Shown: one piece after another, positions 49,601-59,961 of the stretch
Layout: the number at the start of each line of letters is the position of its first letter
Position numbering within the stretch: position 1 is the first letter of the stretch
Origin: Candidatus Geocrenenecus huangii
GTDB lineage: Archaea > Thermoproteota > Nitrososphaeria_A > Caldarchaeales > Wolframiiraptoraceae
Assembly: GCA_023254095.1 (NCBI GenBank)
Contig: JALNLM010000001.1
Coordinates: forward strand, 64,001-128,000
Reading direction: 5' to 3'
DNA length: 64,000 nucleotides
Program-made: the position numbers and the translations under genes
The notes under the pieces: model-generated
Databases searched by the model: none
The model's input: the letters and a program-made list of their open reading frames with translations, nothing else
What the model was told of the DNA's origin: nothing

Positions 49601-52318
49601 TTGAAAAAGGTTTATTCGATGAATTCTTCAAATGTTTCCGAATTATTAAGAACTTATAAAGGTAGCGCTAGGATATGGAATCCGGCAAGATTAGAAAAGG
49701 TAAATCTATCATCGATGCCATACTCTATAAGAATTCTCCTCGAGAATGTTCTCAGGAATCTGGATGGAAAGGTTGTTACTGAAGAAGATGTCAAGACGTT
49801 AATAAATTGGAGAGATAACATCGGAAGAGAGATCCCATATTTTCCCAGTAGAGTAATCTTACAGGATTTCACAGGTGTTCCCGCATTAGTTGACCTTGCA
49901 GCTATGAGGGATGCAGTAAAGAAAGTCGGCGGGAACCCGAAGATCGTTAATCCACTCGTCCCTGTACACTTGATAATAGATCATTCTGTCCAGGTAGATT
50001 TCCACGGTACAAGCTATGCCCTCGAACGAAACATGGAACTGGAAATAGAAAGAAACATCGAAAGATATAGATTTCTTAAATGGGCTGAGAAGGCCTTCAA
50101 GAATCTTAAAGTTGCATCTCCGGGTTTCGGTATAATACATCAGGTTAACTTAGAGTATCTAGCACAAGTTGTGCATCTAGCTAGAAGTAATGGTAGGCTT
50201 ATAGCTTATCCAGACACTGTTATAGGTACTGACTCACACACCACGATGGTTTCTTCTCTGGGAGTACTCGGATGGGGTGTAGGAGGTATAGAGGCTGAGG
50301 CAGTAATGCTCGGTCAACCATATTATATCTCGATACCGGAAGTGATAGGAGTAAGGCTGATTGGAGAACCGGGAGAGGGGGTGACACCTACAGACATAGT
50401 CTTAACAATCACCGAGATACTTAGGAAGAGGAACTTAGTAGATAAGATTGTTGAATTCATCGGTCCAGGCGTTAGCAGGCTTTCCACACCAGATAGAGCA
50501 ACGATTTCTAACATGTCTCCTGAATATGGTCCTCGAACCGCATATTTCCCAATAGACAAGGAAACATTGAGATATCTTTCCTTGACTGGTAGAAAGTCGG
50601 AACATGTTAAATTTGTTGAAAAGTATTCGAGGAAGATTGGGATATTTAGAGAAGAGTCATCTCCAGAACCAGAATACATAAACGTGGTAGAGATAGACCT
50701 AGGCGAGGTTGAACCTTCTATCTCGGGTCCATCGAATCCTGAAGACAGGATTCCACTACGCATGGTAAAAGAAAAATTCATCCAGATGCTTAATGAATAC
50801 ATTGAGGAATTTAAGAAGGCGGGAGCATCCGTAGACTTTTACGTTAAAGCTCCACTGGAATTAGATGGCTTGAAGATGGAGCTAACGCATGGAAACATCG
50901 TTATAGCTGCTATAACGAGCTGTGTAAATACTTCTAATCCCACATTGATGATCGGTGCAGGTCTACTTGCTAAGAAAGCTGTAGAAAGGGGATTATCTCC
51001 TAAACCGTGGGTTAAAACTAGTTTCGCACCGGGAAGCCCCGTAGTGGTAGAGTATCTCAAGAAAGCGAATTTACTCCAGTATCTCGAAGCTTTAAGATTC
51101 CATGTAGTAGGATTTGGTTGTACAACATGTATAGGGAATACTGGGCCACTCCCCCCAAAGATCGCGGAAGCAATTAAATCTAATCATCTTTACGCTGTAA
51201 GCATACTAAGCGGTAATAGAAACTTCGCTGGGAGAATACACCCATTAACTAGAGGAAGCTTCTTGGCATCTCCTCTATTGGTCGTAGCATACGCCTTAGC
51301 AGGTAGACTCGACATCGACTTATACAATGAGCCGCTGGGATTAGACCCGAATGGCCAGCCAGTATATCTCAAAGACATATGGCCCAATATAAGAGAGATC
51401 AGGGAAATAATGGAAAAGGTTATTAACCCATCAGACTTCAGGAAGAAGTATAGCAAGATATTTAAGGGAAGTGAGAAGTGGAGAAAGATCCAGGTTGAGG
51501 AGTCAGACCTCTATCCATGGGATGAAAAATCAACTTATATTCGTAAGGCTCCATTCTTCGAAGACTTAACACTTGAGCCTCCAGAACTGAAAGACATAAC
51601 GAATGCTAGAGCCCTAGTTCTGCTAGGAGACCGGATAACTACCGACCACATATCGCCTGCTGGGTCCATACCAGTAGATAGTTTAGCAGGAAAGTATCTA
51701 ATCGAGAAAGGAGTTAAACCTGAAGAATTCAACACGTATGGATCGAGGAGAGGAAATCATGAGGTAATGATTAGGGGAACTTTTGACAATGTCCGGTTAA
51801 GAAACTTGTTAACGCCTGGAAAAGAAGGCGGATGGACCATACATATTCCCACTGGACAATTAATGAGGATATATGAAGCCTCCCAGAAATACAAGGAAGA
51901 AGGTACCCACATGATTGTAGTTGCTGGAACACAGTACGGTGCAGGAAGCTCAAGAGACTGGGCAGCCAAAGGTCCATACCTGCTTGGAGTTAAAGCAGTC
52001 ATTGCTGAAAGCTATGAAAGCATACATAGAAGTAACCTAGTAGGCATGGGTATACTACCGCTACAATTTGAAGAAGGACAGAGCTGGAAGACCCTAGGAT
52101 TAACTGGGAAGGAAATATTCCACATAGAGGGTATACAAGAGGGGTTGTATCCGAGAAAGAAGCTTAGAGTGAGAGCAGTAAGAGAAGACGGCTCAGAAGT
52201 TGTTTTTAACGTGATCGCTAGATTGGATACAAATACTGAGGTCGAATATTTCAAACATGGTGGCATACTAAAATACGTATTGAGAAAGCTACTCAAAAGT
52301 TCAAGAAAGGCGGAGTAG
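49601..52318 (+). CDS. acnA: Aconitate hydratase AcnA
   Basis: QDFTGVP, DHSVQVD, GTDSHT, ITSC.NTSNP, GCTTCIGN, GSSRDWAAKG. Confidence 0.96.
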   Translation: MKKVYSMNSSNVSELLRTYKGSARIWNPARLEKVNLSSMPYSIRILLENVLRNLDGKVVTEEDVKTLINWRDNIGREIPYFPSRVILQDFTGVPALVDLAAMRDAVKKVGGNPKIVNPLVPVHLIIDHSVQVDFHGTSYALERNMELEIERNIERYRFLKWAEKAFKNLKVASPGFGIIHQVNLEYLAQVVHLARSNGRLIAYPDTVIGTDSHTTMVSSLGVLGWGVGGIEAEAVMLGQPYYISIPEVIGVRLIGEPGEGVTPTDIVLTITEILRKRNLVDKIVEFIGPGVSRLSTPDRATISNMSPEYGPRTAYFPIDKETLRYLSLTGRKSEHVKFVEKYSRKIGIFREESSPEPEYINVVEIDLGEVEPSISGPSNPEDRIPLRMVKEKFIQMLNEYIEEFKKAGASVDFYVKAPLELDGLKMELTHGNIVIAAITSCVNTSNPTLMIGAGLLAKKAVERGLSPKPWVKTSFAPGSPVVVEYLKKANLLQYLEALRFHVVGFGCTTCIGNTGPLPPKIAEAIKSNHLYAVSILSGNRNFAGRIHPLTRGSFLASPLLVVAYALAGRLDIDLYNEPLGLDPNGQPVYLKDIWPNIREIREIMEKVINPSDFRKKYSKIFKGSEKWRKIQVEESDLYPWDEKSTYIRKAPFFEDLTLEPPELKDITNARALVLLGDRITTDHISPAGSIPVDSLAGKYLIEKGVKPEEFNTYGSRRGNHEVMIRGTFDNVRLRNLLTPGKEGGWTIHIPTGQLMRIYEASQKYKEEGTHMIVVAGTQYGAGSSRDWAAKGPYLLGVKAVIAESYESIHRSNLVGMGILPLQFEEGQSWKTLGLTGKEIFHIEGIQEGLYPRKKLRVRAVREDGSEVVFNVIARLDTNTEVEYFKHGGILKYVLRKLLKSSRKAE

Positions 52319-52324
52319 ATCTCA

Positions 52325-52337
52325 CCCCTTTTTTTAC
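52325..52337 (+). terminator. Oligo-T archaeal terminator after acnA
   Basis: CCCCTTTTTTT about 10 nt after the stop, between convergent genes. Confidence 0.45.
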
Positions 52338-52353
52338 ATTCCTTTCAAAAAGC

Positions 52354-53265
52354 TTACAGTTGTGATATCTCTGCACCAATATTACGTGCGGTTGTGAAGA
52401 TGAACCTAAAACCCTCTACGCTTCCGAGTTTCCTACCTACCTCTTCAACCCCTGATCTTTCCACGAACCCATATATTGTCGGACCCCATGAACTTTGACC
52501 AATACCTCTTACTCCAATTTTTCTTAGCAGCTCAACAACTTTTACGGAGTCTTTGAAGTATCTGCCAGATTGAGCGGTCTCGAAGAATCTGGATGTCATT
52601 GCATCGATTTCTTCAATAGCTTGCGAGAATCTCTGAAAATTCTTCTCAATTAGAGATGGTAGAAGTTTCATCAAGATTATCAAGGATGTTTCTCTAGGAT
52701 CTCCGCTATCAGGTCTCTTCAATGCCTCAAATTCTATTCTCCCATGCAAGCCTATTCCTTCTTCTGTCGGAATTGCTAACAAGATCATCCATTCCTGAGG
52801 GAAGTCAGCTCTGAACAGTAATGGTGGAATATCTGTATCAGATTCTTTACCTCCGTCAATAGTCAATCCACCCCTCTGGAATAACCAGTAGCCTGCACCA
52901 GATACTGTACATCTGTTAAAGATCAAAGCTATATCTCTAGACGTTAGATCAAGGTCATAGAGTTTAGAAGCTGCTAATCCGATCGAGAGAATAGTCTGAG
53001 TCCCAGATCCTAATCCAACGTGTCTAGGAATATAGTTAAGGCATCTAACCATTAAACCGTTTATTCCCAGTTTCCCAACGACATCTTCAACAAGCATTTC
53101 CAACCATTTAGGACCATCGACAATGATACTGTCGCATTTAGAGACAATCATAGACAGCCTAGGATCGTTCAAGTAAAGTCCTACTGAACCCCATCTACGT
53201 CCAAGAACCCCCAATGGATCAATAAATCCTAAATGGATTCTTGATCCAGCTTCTACCTTAATCAT
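52354..53265 (-). CDS. mptG: Beta-ribofuranosylaminobenzene 5'-phosphate (RFAP) synthase family
   Basis: SRIHLGFID, IPRHVGLGSGTQ, GQSSWGPTIYG. Confidence 0.88.
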   Translation of the reverse strand: MIKVEAGSRIHLGFIDPLGVLGRRWGSVGLYLNDPRLSMIVSKCDSIIVDGPKWLEMLVEDVVGKLGINGLMVRCLNYIPRHVGLGSGTQTILSIGLAASKLYDLDLTSRDIALIFNRCTVSGAGYWLFQRGGLTIDGGKESDTDIPPLLFRADFPQEWMILLAIPTEEGIGLHGRIEFEALKRPDSGDPRETSLIILMKLLPSLIEKNFQRFSQAIEEIDAMTSRFFETAQSGRYFKDSVKVVELLRKIGVRGIGQSSWGPTIYGFVERSGVEEVGRKLGSVEGFRFIFTTARNIGAEISQL

Positions 53266-53433
53266 CGATCTTCAGAACCTTAAACCATAATTTCTGCGTA
53301 TTCTTTTATAATTTTAAAGTCTGTTTACTATGTTCCGAGCTGGAAAATTTAATGATGCTTATCAAGACGCTATCTTTGTAGGAATAGTAATAGTTATATG
53401 GGAGCCGCCTGGACTGAAACTGTAGTCTATAAT

Positions 53434-54312
53434 ATGTCGATGAGTAACGTTCCTAACGTTCAAGATGAAGAACCGAAAGTACAAATTCCGATAAATAGGG
53501 TCGGGTTCAAGAATATAAGGATACCTGCAGGTAAAATGCTTTTAAATGGGTTAGAGATATTTTTCATACCCAGGTTTCATATATCGGTAGATTTGCCTAA
53601 AGACAAACGTGGTGTTCATGCATCTAGAATATATGGTATCGTCTCAGAAATAGTTAAGGAGTATTGGGGGAAGAACGTAGAGCTCGAGGAGATTGGGGAG
53701 GAGATCGCTAAAGGATTATTGAAAGCACATCCGTACTCGAGTAAGGCATATGTTGTTATAGAGTCTTCAGCATACTATAAGGCTGAAGCACCTATTACGA
53801 AATCCACCTCCTACGAACGCTTCAAAATATATGTAAAAGTTAAAGCATACAGGAACTCGAAGAGTATAAAATATTTTGGAGTGGAGGTCGAGGGATTAAC
53901 AGCCTGTCCATGTGCTAGAGAAGTCGTAAAGAAAGCTTTCCCTGGAGCGGATACAACACATATGCAGAGGAGTAGAGCCAAAGTCATTCTTAGATTGTTT
54001 GGAGATACGAGAATAGACCTGGTCGACCTACTGGACATAGTTAAGTCATCTTTCAGCTCTCCACTATATTCATACTTGAAGAGAACAGATGAGGCGAAAG
54101 TGGTTATTGACGCATTAGAGTCGCCTAAATTTGCAGAAGATACTCTCAGAGAAATAGTAGAGAAGATTGCTCAGAGGTGGATAGACCTGCCCGATGATTC
54201 AGAGATATACGTAAGTGTTGAAAGTAAAGAGAGCCTCCATCCTCAAGATATCGTAGCATTCATCAAATTGAAGTTAAGCGATGCGAGAAACCTGCTAAAC
54301 AAGAGGGTGTAG
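53434..54312 (+). CDS. mptA: GTP cyclohydrolase MptA/FolE2 family
   Basis: VDLP...RGVHASR, GLTACPCA, THMQRS, ESLHPQD. Confidence 0.9.
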   Translation: MSMSNVPNVQDEEPKVQIPINRVGFKNIRIPAGKMLLNGLEIFFIPRFHISVDLPKDKRGVHASRIYGIVSEIVKEYWGKNVELEEIGEEIAKGLLKAHPYSSKAYVVIESSAYYKAEAPITKSTSYERFKIYVKVKAYRNSKSIKYFGVEVEGLTACPCAREVVKKAFPGADTTHMQRSRAKVILRLFGDTRIDLVDLLDIVKSSFSSPLYSYLKRTDEAKVVIDALESPKFAEDTLREIVEKIAQRWIDLPDDSEIYVSVESKESLHPQDIVAFIKLKLSDARNLLNKRV

Positions 54313-54315
54313 GCT

Positions 54316-55113
54316 TTGAGATGGGAAGAGTGGGAGCCAATCTATCTTGAGATAGTTAAAGAGATGGGCTATTCCATAGAGAAAGATCTTACGGCAGCCT
54401 ATACATTAAGTCACCTGATAACTGACAGAGCTTTAACCACCGAGGAATTAAGAGAAGAGTTAGATGAAAGAAAAACTGCGGTAGTCTTCGGGGCGGGACC
54501 ATCACTTAAAGTAGACATAGAAGAATTCGTTAAGTCGGGCATAATTGATGACGTCGTTGTTTTTGTAGCCGATGGAGCTTCAAGAGCATTCCTAGAAAGA
54601 GGATTAAAGATTGATATTATTGTAACCGATCTGGATGGAGGTGACGAGACTCTAATAGAATCTTCTAGGGTATGTCTAGCAACAGTGGTACATGCTCATG
54701 GAGATAATATTGAAAAGATAAGAGAACTTGTACCACGACTTTATGGAAAGATACTTGGTACAACGCAATGCAAGCCATGCGACCTCCTATACAACTTTGG
54801 AGGATTTACTGATGGAGATAGAGCAGTATTCTTGTCGGATGCTCTAGGATTTGAAAACATAGTTCTAGCAGGAATGGATTTCGGAGAAGAAATAGGTGAA
54901 TACTCTAAGAGCATCAACAAGCATGATTTTGAGCGGCTTAAGGTTAAGAGAAAGAAGCTACGCATAGGTAAGAAGCTACTCGAAATCTACGCATCCAAAT
55001 CTACTAGGAAACTGTTCAATGCAACTTCTAGAGGTGAGGAAATAAAAGGATTTATTCAAACATCTTTCGAGGAAATAGAAGATGTGCTAAGACAACATGT
55101 GCTAGAATCATAG
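54316..55113 (+). CDS. mptE: 6-hydroxymethyl-7,8-dihydropterin pyrophosphokinase MptE
   Basis: GAGPSL, ADGA, VTDLDG, VHAHGDN, NFGGFTDGDRA. Confidence 0.92.
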   Translation: MRWEEWEPIYLEIVKEMGYSIEKDLTAAYTLSHLITDRALTTEELREELDERKTAVVFGAGPSLKVDIEEFVKSGIIDDVVVFVADGASRAFLERGLKIDIIVTDLDGGDETLIESSRVCLATVVHAHGDNIEKIRELVPRLYGKILGTTQCKPCDLLYNFGGFTDGDRAVFLSDALGFENIVLAGMDFGEEIGEYSKSINKHDFERLKVKRKKLRIGKKLLEIYASKSTRKLFNATSRGEEIKGFIQTSFEEIEDVLRQHVLES

Positions 55114-55175
55114 AAGCTAGCCGGTCGTTAAAGGTTTATGTCTAAGCATACTTTCAGTAACTTTTGTGATGGAAC

Positions 55176-55973
55176 ATGACCGGAAATAAGAAGTGTAAAA
55201 TTGGCATTATAGGTGGATCCGGAATTTACGATCCCGGTCTCTTAAAGAATGTAGAGAGAGCAAAAGTTTACACACCCTATGGCTCGCCAAGCTCTCACAT
55301 CACTATCGGAGAATACTCTGGGATAACGGTAGCCTTCATCCCAAGGCATGGAGAAGGCCACATTATTCCACCACATGCGATAAACTATAGAGCAAATATC
55401 TGGGCTTTAAAAGAGCTTGGAGTCGAGAGGGTGCTTGCTCCAAGCGCTGTGGGAAGTCTCCAAGAAGGGTATAAGCCAGGGGAACTTGTTCTCCCAGACC
55501 AGTACATTGATAGGACTTGGGGGCGCGCCGGAACATTCTACGAGGGGGGTCAGGTAGCGCATGTAAGCATGGCCGACCCATTCTGCCCAGAGCTTACAGA
55601 CATAGTATATGATGTTGCGGTCTCACTCGGTCTACCCATACATAAGGGTGGAACGTACATCTGTATCCAGGGGCCACGATTCTCAACTAGAGCAGAATCA
55701 AGACTCTACAAGAGCTGGGGTGCACATATAATAGGTATGACTTTAGTCCCAGAAGTGAATCTGGCTAGAGAAGCAAGAATGTGTTATCTAACAATAGCGA
55801 TGGTAACAGACTATGATGTATGGGCTGAGAAACCTGTAAGCGCTGAAGAAGTAGCACGGACTATGAGGGAGAACGTTGAGAAAGTTAAGAAGCTATTAGA
55901 GAAGACGATCCCGAAGATACCTGAGGATAGAAGATGTCTATGTAAAAAGTATCTGGACGAGGCACTTATGTAA
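55176..55973 (+). CDS. mtnP: S-methyl-5'-thioadenosine phosphorylase
   Basis: GIIGGSG, TPYG.PS, PRHG, GPRFST.AES, VTDYD. Confidence 0.94.
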   Translation: MTGNKKCKIGIIGGSGIYDPGLLKNVERAKVYTPYGSPSSHITIGEYSGITVAFIPRHGEGHIIPPHAINYRANIWALKELGVERVLAPSAVGSLQEGYKPGELVLPDQYIDRTWGRAGTFYEGGQVAHVSMADPFCPELTDIVYDVAVSLGLPIHKGGTYICIQGPRFSTRAESRLYKSWGAHIIGMTLVPEVNLAREARMCYLTIAMVTDYDVWAEKPVSAEEVARTMRENVEKVKKLLEKTIPKIPEDRRCLCKKYLDEALM

Positions 55974-56258
55974 ACTTCATCTATTTATATGAAATTTCTC
56001 AATAATTCTAAAACTTGTAGATTCGATAATAGAACAATGTTCATGAAAAGTTTGACTCTTACTGAGATCTCAGGCTGCTGTAATAAGTTTACCTTCTAGT
56101 CGGGTCTCTTCCCTCAATTATCAGGTTATATCTTTAATAGTAGTCGTCTTAAATCTCCAAGTATCTATGGAATTCTTGTAGGTGTAGTCGAACCCTAAAA
56201 TTCACCTCAACATTTAAATCTAGCTGGATTGACTAGATATGCTTTAGAGGGATAGATT

Positions 56259-57797
56259 ATTGTTTCAGAGATTACGCTTCACTGGCTTGAGAAGAGCCTA
56301 GTCAAGTTATTGAGAAGAGAGGGGAGGGCTCTAAGTTTTGAGGAGGCTGCAAATCTTCTTAACAGAGATGTCGGTACGATAGCTAAAACTGTTCAATGGC
56401 TTAGGGAGAAAAACCTTGTAGAGGTCGAAGTAAGAACATCGAATCTTGTATCTTTAGGATCGGAAGGTCAAATCTATTCCGCTGATGGACTTCCTGAGAG
56501 GAGGTTGATAGAGATGCTTTCAGAGGCAGGAGGCGTAGCTAGCATAGATGAGCTGAAGAAAAGTCTTGGCGAAGACGTCTTCCAGATAGGCTTAATCTGG
56601 GCAAAGAAGAATCAATGGATAAATATAGAGTCTACTGGCCCCCAGAAATCTGTCAAGCTAATACATTATCCGGGAGAAACATCTGAGGAAAAACTTCTTA
56701 AACATTTAAGAGAGAGGGGAGTAGTTGAATTCGAAGACCTCGGTGAAGACTTAAAGAAGGCTTGCATGAACCTTAAAACTAGACAATCTGTCATCAATAT
56801 AGATGAAGTTAAGAGATATTACGTGAGGCTTACAGATAAAGCCTTGCAGATCCCAGAAGGAGAACTGCATATACAGGAAGTTACCAGGTTGACGAAGGAC
56901 ATGCTTACCTCGGGCTCGTGGAGACAGTATAGGTTCAGCAGATTCGATATCAGCGCTCCCTCGAAACCAATCTACGCTGGGAAGAGGCATCCTCTCCAGA
57001 GATTAATAAAAATTGTTAAAGAGATATTTGTCGAGATGGGGTTCGAGGAGATACGCGGACCCATTGTAGAACTTGCTTTCTGGAATTTCGATGCTTTATT
57101 CCAGCCTCAAGACCATCCTGCAAGAGACATGCATGATACCTTCTACCTAAATTATCCTAGCACTGGCCAGTTGCCTGAAAACCTAGTAGAAAGGATAAAA
57201 GATGCGCATGAAACAGGTGGTTCGACGGGGTCGCTTGGATGGAGATACAGATGGAGAAGAGAAGAAGCTGATAAACTAGTTCTCAGAACTCATACTACTG
57301 CTACCACCATCAGATATCTTGCTGAGCACCCTGACCCGCCTGTAAAAGTGTTCTCAGTAGATAGGATATACAGGAATGAAAAAGTAGACTGGAAGCATCT
57401 AGCAGAATTTCATCAGATTGAAGGAATAGTAATGGATAAGAATGTATGCTTCAGAGACCTCATAGGATTGATTAAAGAATTCTACTCCCGTCTAGGCTTG
57501 AAAGATGTGAGGTTTAGACCAAGCTACTTTCCATACACTGAGCCTTCGGCTGAAGCGATAGTATATCTTAGAGAGAAGAACACATGGCTAGAATTGATAG
57601 GGATGGGGATCTTTAGACCAGAGGTCACTCAGCCTCTAAATGTCAAGTACCCAGTTCTAGCTTGGGGAGGTGGACTTGAACGCCTTGCACTAGCATTGTA
57701 CAATCTAGAAGACATAAGAACATTCTACATGAATGATCTTAGATGGATTAGAAGCATCCCAAGCACTTATCTTGATAAGAAAATCGGATTATCGTAG
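56259..57797 (+). CDS. pheS: Phenylalanine-tRNA ligase alpha subunit (start probably ATT upstream of TTG 56310)
   Basis: WNFDALFQPQDHPARDMHDTF, LRTHTT, EFHQIEG, FPYTEPS; the N-terminal wHTH extends in frame to LHWLEK. Confidence 0.95.
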   Translation: MVSEITLHWLEKSLVKLLRREGRALSFEEAANLLNRDVGTIAKTVQWLREKNLVEVEVRTSNLVSLGSEGQIYSADGLPERRLIEMLSEAGGVASIDELKKSLGEDVFQIGLIWAKKNQWINIESTGPQKSVKLIHYPGETSEEKLLKHLRERGVVEFEDLGEDLKKACMNLKTRQSVINIDEVKRYYVRLTDKALQIPEGELHIQEVTRLTKDMLTSGSWRQYRFSRFDISAPSKPIYAGKRHPLQRLIKIVKEIFVEMGFEEIRGPIVELAFWNFDALFQPQDHPARDMHDTFYLNYPSTGQLPENLVERIKDAHETGGSTGSLGWRYRWRREEADKLVLRTHTTATTIRYLAEHPDPPVKVFSVDRIYRNEKVDWKHLAEFHQIEGIVMDKNVCFRDLIGLIKEFYSRLGLKDVRFRPSYFPYTEPSAEAIVYLREKNTWLELIGMGIFRPEVTQPLNVKYPVLAWGGGLERLALALYNLEDIRTFYMNDLRWIRSIPSTYLDKKIGLS

Positions 57798-57825
57798 AAG
57801 ATTATCAATTGTAGAGAAAGATCAT

Positions 57826-58416
57826 CTATCTATCGTCTCCGTAGGGTGTGGGGAGAGCCTCCAAACTAGTAATCCATTCTATGAATTTTTTCGACGATCT
57901 TCCTCTATGTGATATCTTGTTCTTTTCATGTACCTCCATCTCCGCGAATGTTCTCCCATCTCCCTCATCTGGTATGAAGATTGGGTCGAATCCGAAACCA
58001 CTCACACCTCTAGATTCATAAGATATACTTCCTCTAACTTCTCCAGCGAAGAATTTAATCCCAGTATACGGTGAATAGAAACCGATCACCGATTTGAAGG
58101 AAGCTGACCTTTCTTCTATGTTATTCATCAACTTCAATAAACCTCCCACCCCTATTGTCTTATAGACGTAGGAAGAATACGGGCCGGGAAAACCATTAAG
58201 AGAATCTATGAATAAGCCAGCATCCTCAACTAGTACTGGTTCTCTAAGAATATTATAAGCGTAGAGTACACTCTCCTTAGCTATCTCTCTAAGATCAGAA
58301 GATTGTATTTCCTTTGTCTTCAATAATTCAACCCGGTATCTTAGATTGTATTGCTTGAAGATCTGCTCGAATTCTTCGAGCTTTCCCTTATTCGTGGTAA
58401 CGACCGTGAACCTCAT
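57826..58416 (-). CDS. rdgB: XTP/dITP diphosphatase (Ham1/RdgB)
   Basis: TTNKGK, EDAGL, GFPGPYS, GFGFDPIF, SHRG. Confidence 0.95.
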   Translation of the reverse strand: MRFTVVTTNKGKLEEFEQIFKQYNLRYRVELLKTKEIQSSDLREIAKESVLYAYNILREPVLVEDAGLFIDSLNGFPGPYSSYVYKTIGVGGLLKLMNNIEERSASFKSVIGFYSPYTGIKFFAGEVRGSISYESRGVSGFGFDPIFIPDEGDGRTFAEMEVHEKNKISHRGRSSKKFIEWITSLEALPTPYGDDR

Positions 58417-59057
58417 CTCCTTCTCTCCTCCACATATCTACCCCTCCTCCTTATTTCTCTTATCTTAGAAATCAAATCTCTCGTAAAGTCTCCACCTACT
58501 ACTTCTGAGTATCCTTGAAAGAAGCTGTGCATAAATAATTCTCTTACACCATAGTGTCCGCTTTCCAAACTCCTATCCAATAGATGTATATCTACTGCAA
58601 AATCTTCTAATTCATCTGTGAATATGCTTAATCCAAAGTCCACTAGGTACAGTTTACCTGAATCGTCAACTATGATGTTGGATGTTGTTAAGTCGCCGTG
58701 AGCTATCCCCGCCATATGCATTCTCCCAACAAGCCTACCTAGAGAATCTGAAACTTCCATTACCTCTCTTTCATTTCTTGCCTCCAGCCATCTTTTAAGC
58801 TCTACACCAACAATATACTGCATATATATTGTTGTCTCCTTCCTATCAATCAACAATACGGCTGGACATGGAACACATGCTTTCTTCAAAGCTAGCATAA
58901 CTTTAACTTCATGAATCATCCTAGATTCTCTGATCTTCTCATCTAAGTTAGAGATTCTATAAGGCTTAGGGATTCTATGCTTCGAGAGGACATCGAACCC
59001 TATTAGATGAGTTCTTGAAATAATGGCTTCAGCACCAATTCTAATAACATTGCTCAT
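58413..59057 (-). CDS. bud32: KEOPS kinase Bud32
   Basis: GAEA, K.R.PK.YR, HGDLTTSN, VDFGL, RRRGRY. Real start is likely MSNVIRIGAEA. Confidence 0.93.
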   Translation of the reverse strand: MSNVIRIGAEAIISRTHLIGFDVLSKHRIPKPYRISNLDEKIRESRMIHEVKVMLALKKACVPCPAVLLIDRKETTIYMQYIVGVELKRWLEARNEREVMEVSDSLGRLVGRMHMAGIAHGDLTTSNIIVDDSGKLYLVDFGLSIFTDELEDFAVDIHLLDRSLESGHYGVRELFMHSFFQGYSEVVGGDFTRDLISKIREIRRRGRYVEERRR

Positions 59058-59229
59058 CTTCCAGCTATACAATCTATATAGAAGTAAGTAAAAAATATGA
59101 AGGAACAAGACTGCCAACGTCATAAGAACCGACTCATGTAGGGTGAACATGATATACAATCTCTCAACCCAACTTCCAGACACCAACAAGCGAAAATATC
59201 TAGAGTATGACAAATATCGGCTTCTCAGA

Positions 59230-59541
59230 TCATGATACCAGAACAGTAGCTGTAAGTATCTTGAGATGAGAGATCTTGTTATTTGATAAGCCCGGGGAGA
59301 AGATTGTTTCAATAAGCTCTGAGTAAGATACGTTATATAGTTCTGCTAGATGCTGTAAGTAGTCTATTGGGTCTCCCCAAGCCCACTCCCACTCCATGAA
59401 CCCGCATCTGAAGCACCTACTATAAACGTCTCCAGCAGCCGAGACTATCAGCCTCCTAGTATTCTCACCGCCACATTCATAACAGTTTCTAAACCCTAAA
59501 ACCTTCTTAACCACGATCATTCCAGCCATCATATAAAACAT
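59230..59541 (-). CDS. Small zinc-finger hypothetical protein
   Basis: CYECGG...CFRCG motif pair. Confidence 0.55.
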   Translation of the reverse strand: MFYMMAGMIVVKKVLGFRNCYECGGENTRRLIVSAAGDVYSRCFRCGFMEWEWAWGDPIDYLQHLAELYNVSYSELIETIFSPGLSNNKISHLKILTATVLVS

Positions 59542-59736
59542 AGTATATATCAGTCTTCGTGGCCTAACGGTTTAGTCTATGGTTCTATGAATCTAGCTCT
59601 CTCAGTACACAAATCCTTCTTCCTCCTACGTTTCTCACTCAATGTATAATACAGTATGAGGAGGATGCAGTATGTAATGAGTGTAACGGTTAGAAATATT
59701 AGCCTTAACAATTCTACGGGTTCTCCTAGAATATTT

Positions 59737-59961
59737 CTACTCTGCAACTCTTATCCTCTCAACCCTCTCAAGATTTATGAAGAGCTTATTACTGTTCGAG
59801 GAGATGACTATCATGGCAGGCTTTGTATCGAGGCTGAATGCTATTAGCCTACCATATATCGGCTCCCCCCTAACCGTTACTACCTCCACCTGCTTCTCCA
59901 GGACTGACTGGAGTTGGGCTTTAATCCAGCTCCTACTCTTTACCTCTCCTTTTAACTCCAA
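59737..59961 (-). CDS. Sm/LSm-like fold small protein
   Basis: LQSVLEKQVEVVTVRGEPIYGRLIAF resembles Sm1; LFINLERVERI resembles Sm2. Confidence 0.5.
   Translation of the reverse strand: MELKGEVKSRSWIKAQLQSVLEKQVEVVTVRGEPIYGRLIAFSLDTKPAMIVISSNSNKLFINLERVERIRVAE

Noticed and set aside
59058-59312. 85-aa hydrophobic N-terminal extension of Bud32 in the ORF track
   Set aside because: Kinase homology begins at MSNVIRIGAEA. The extension overlaps another ORF and AT-rich promoter-like DNA, and is not Kae1-like.
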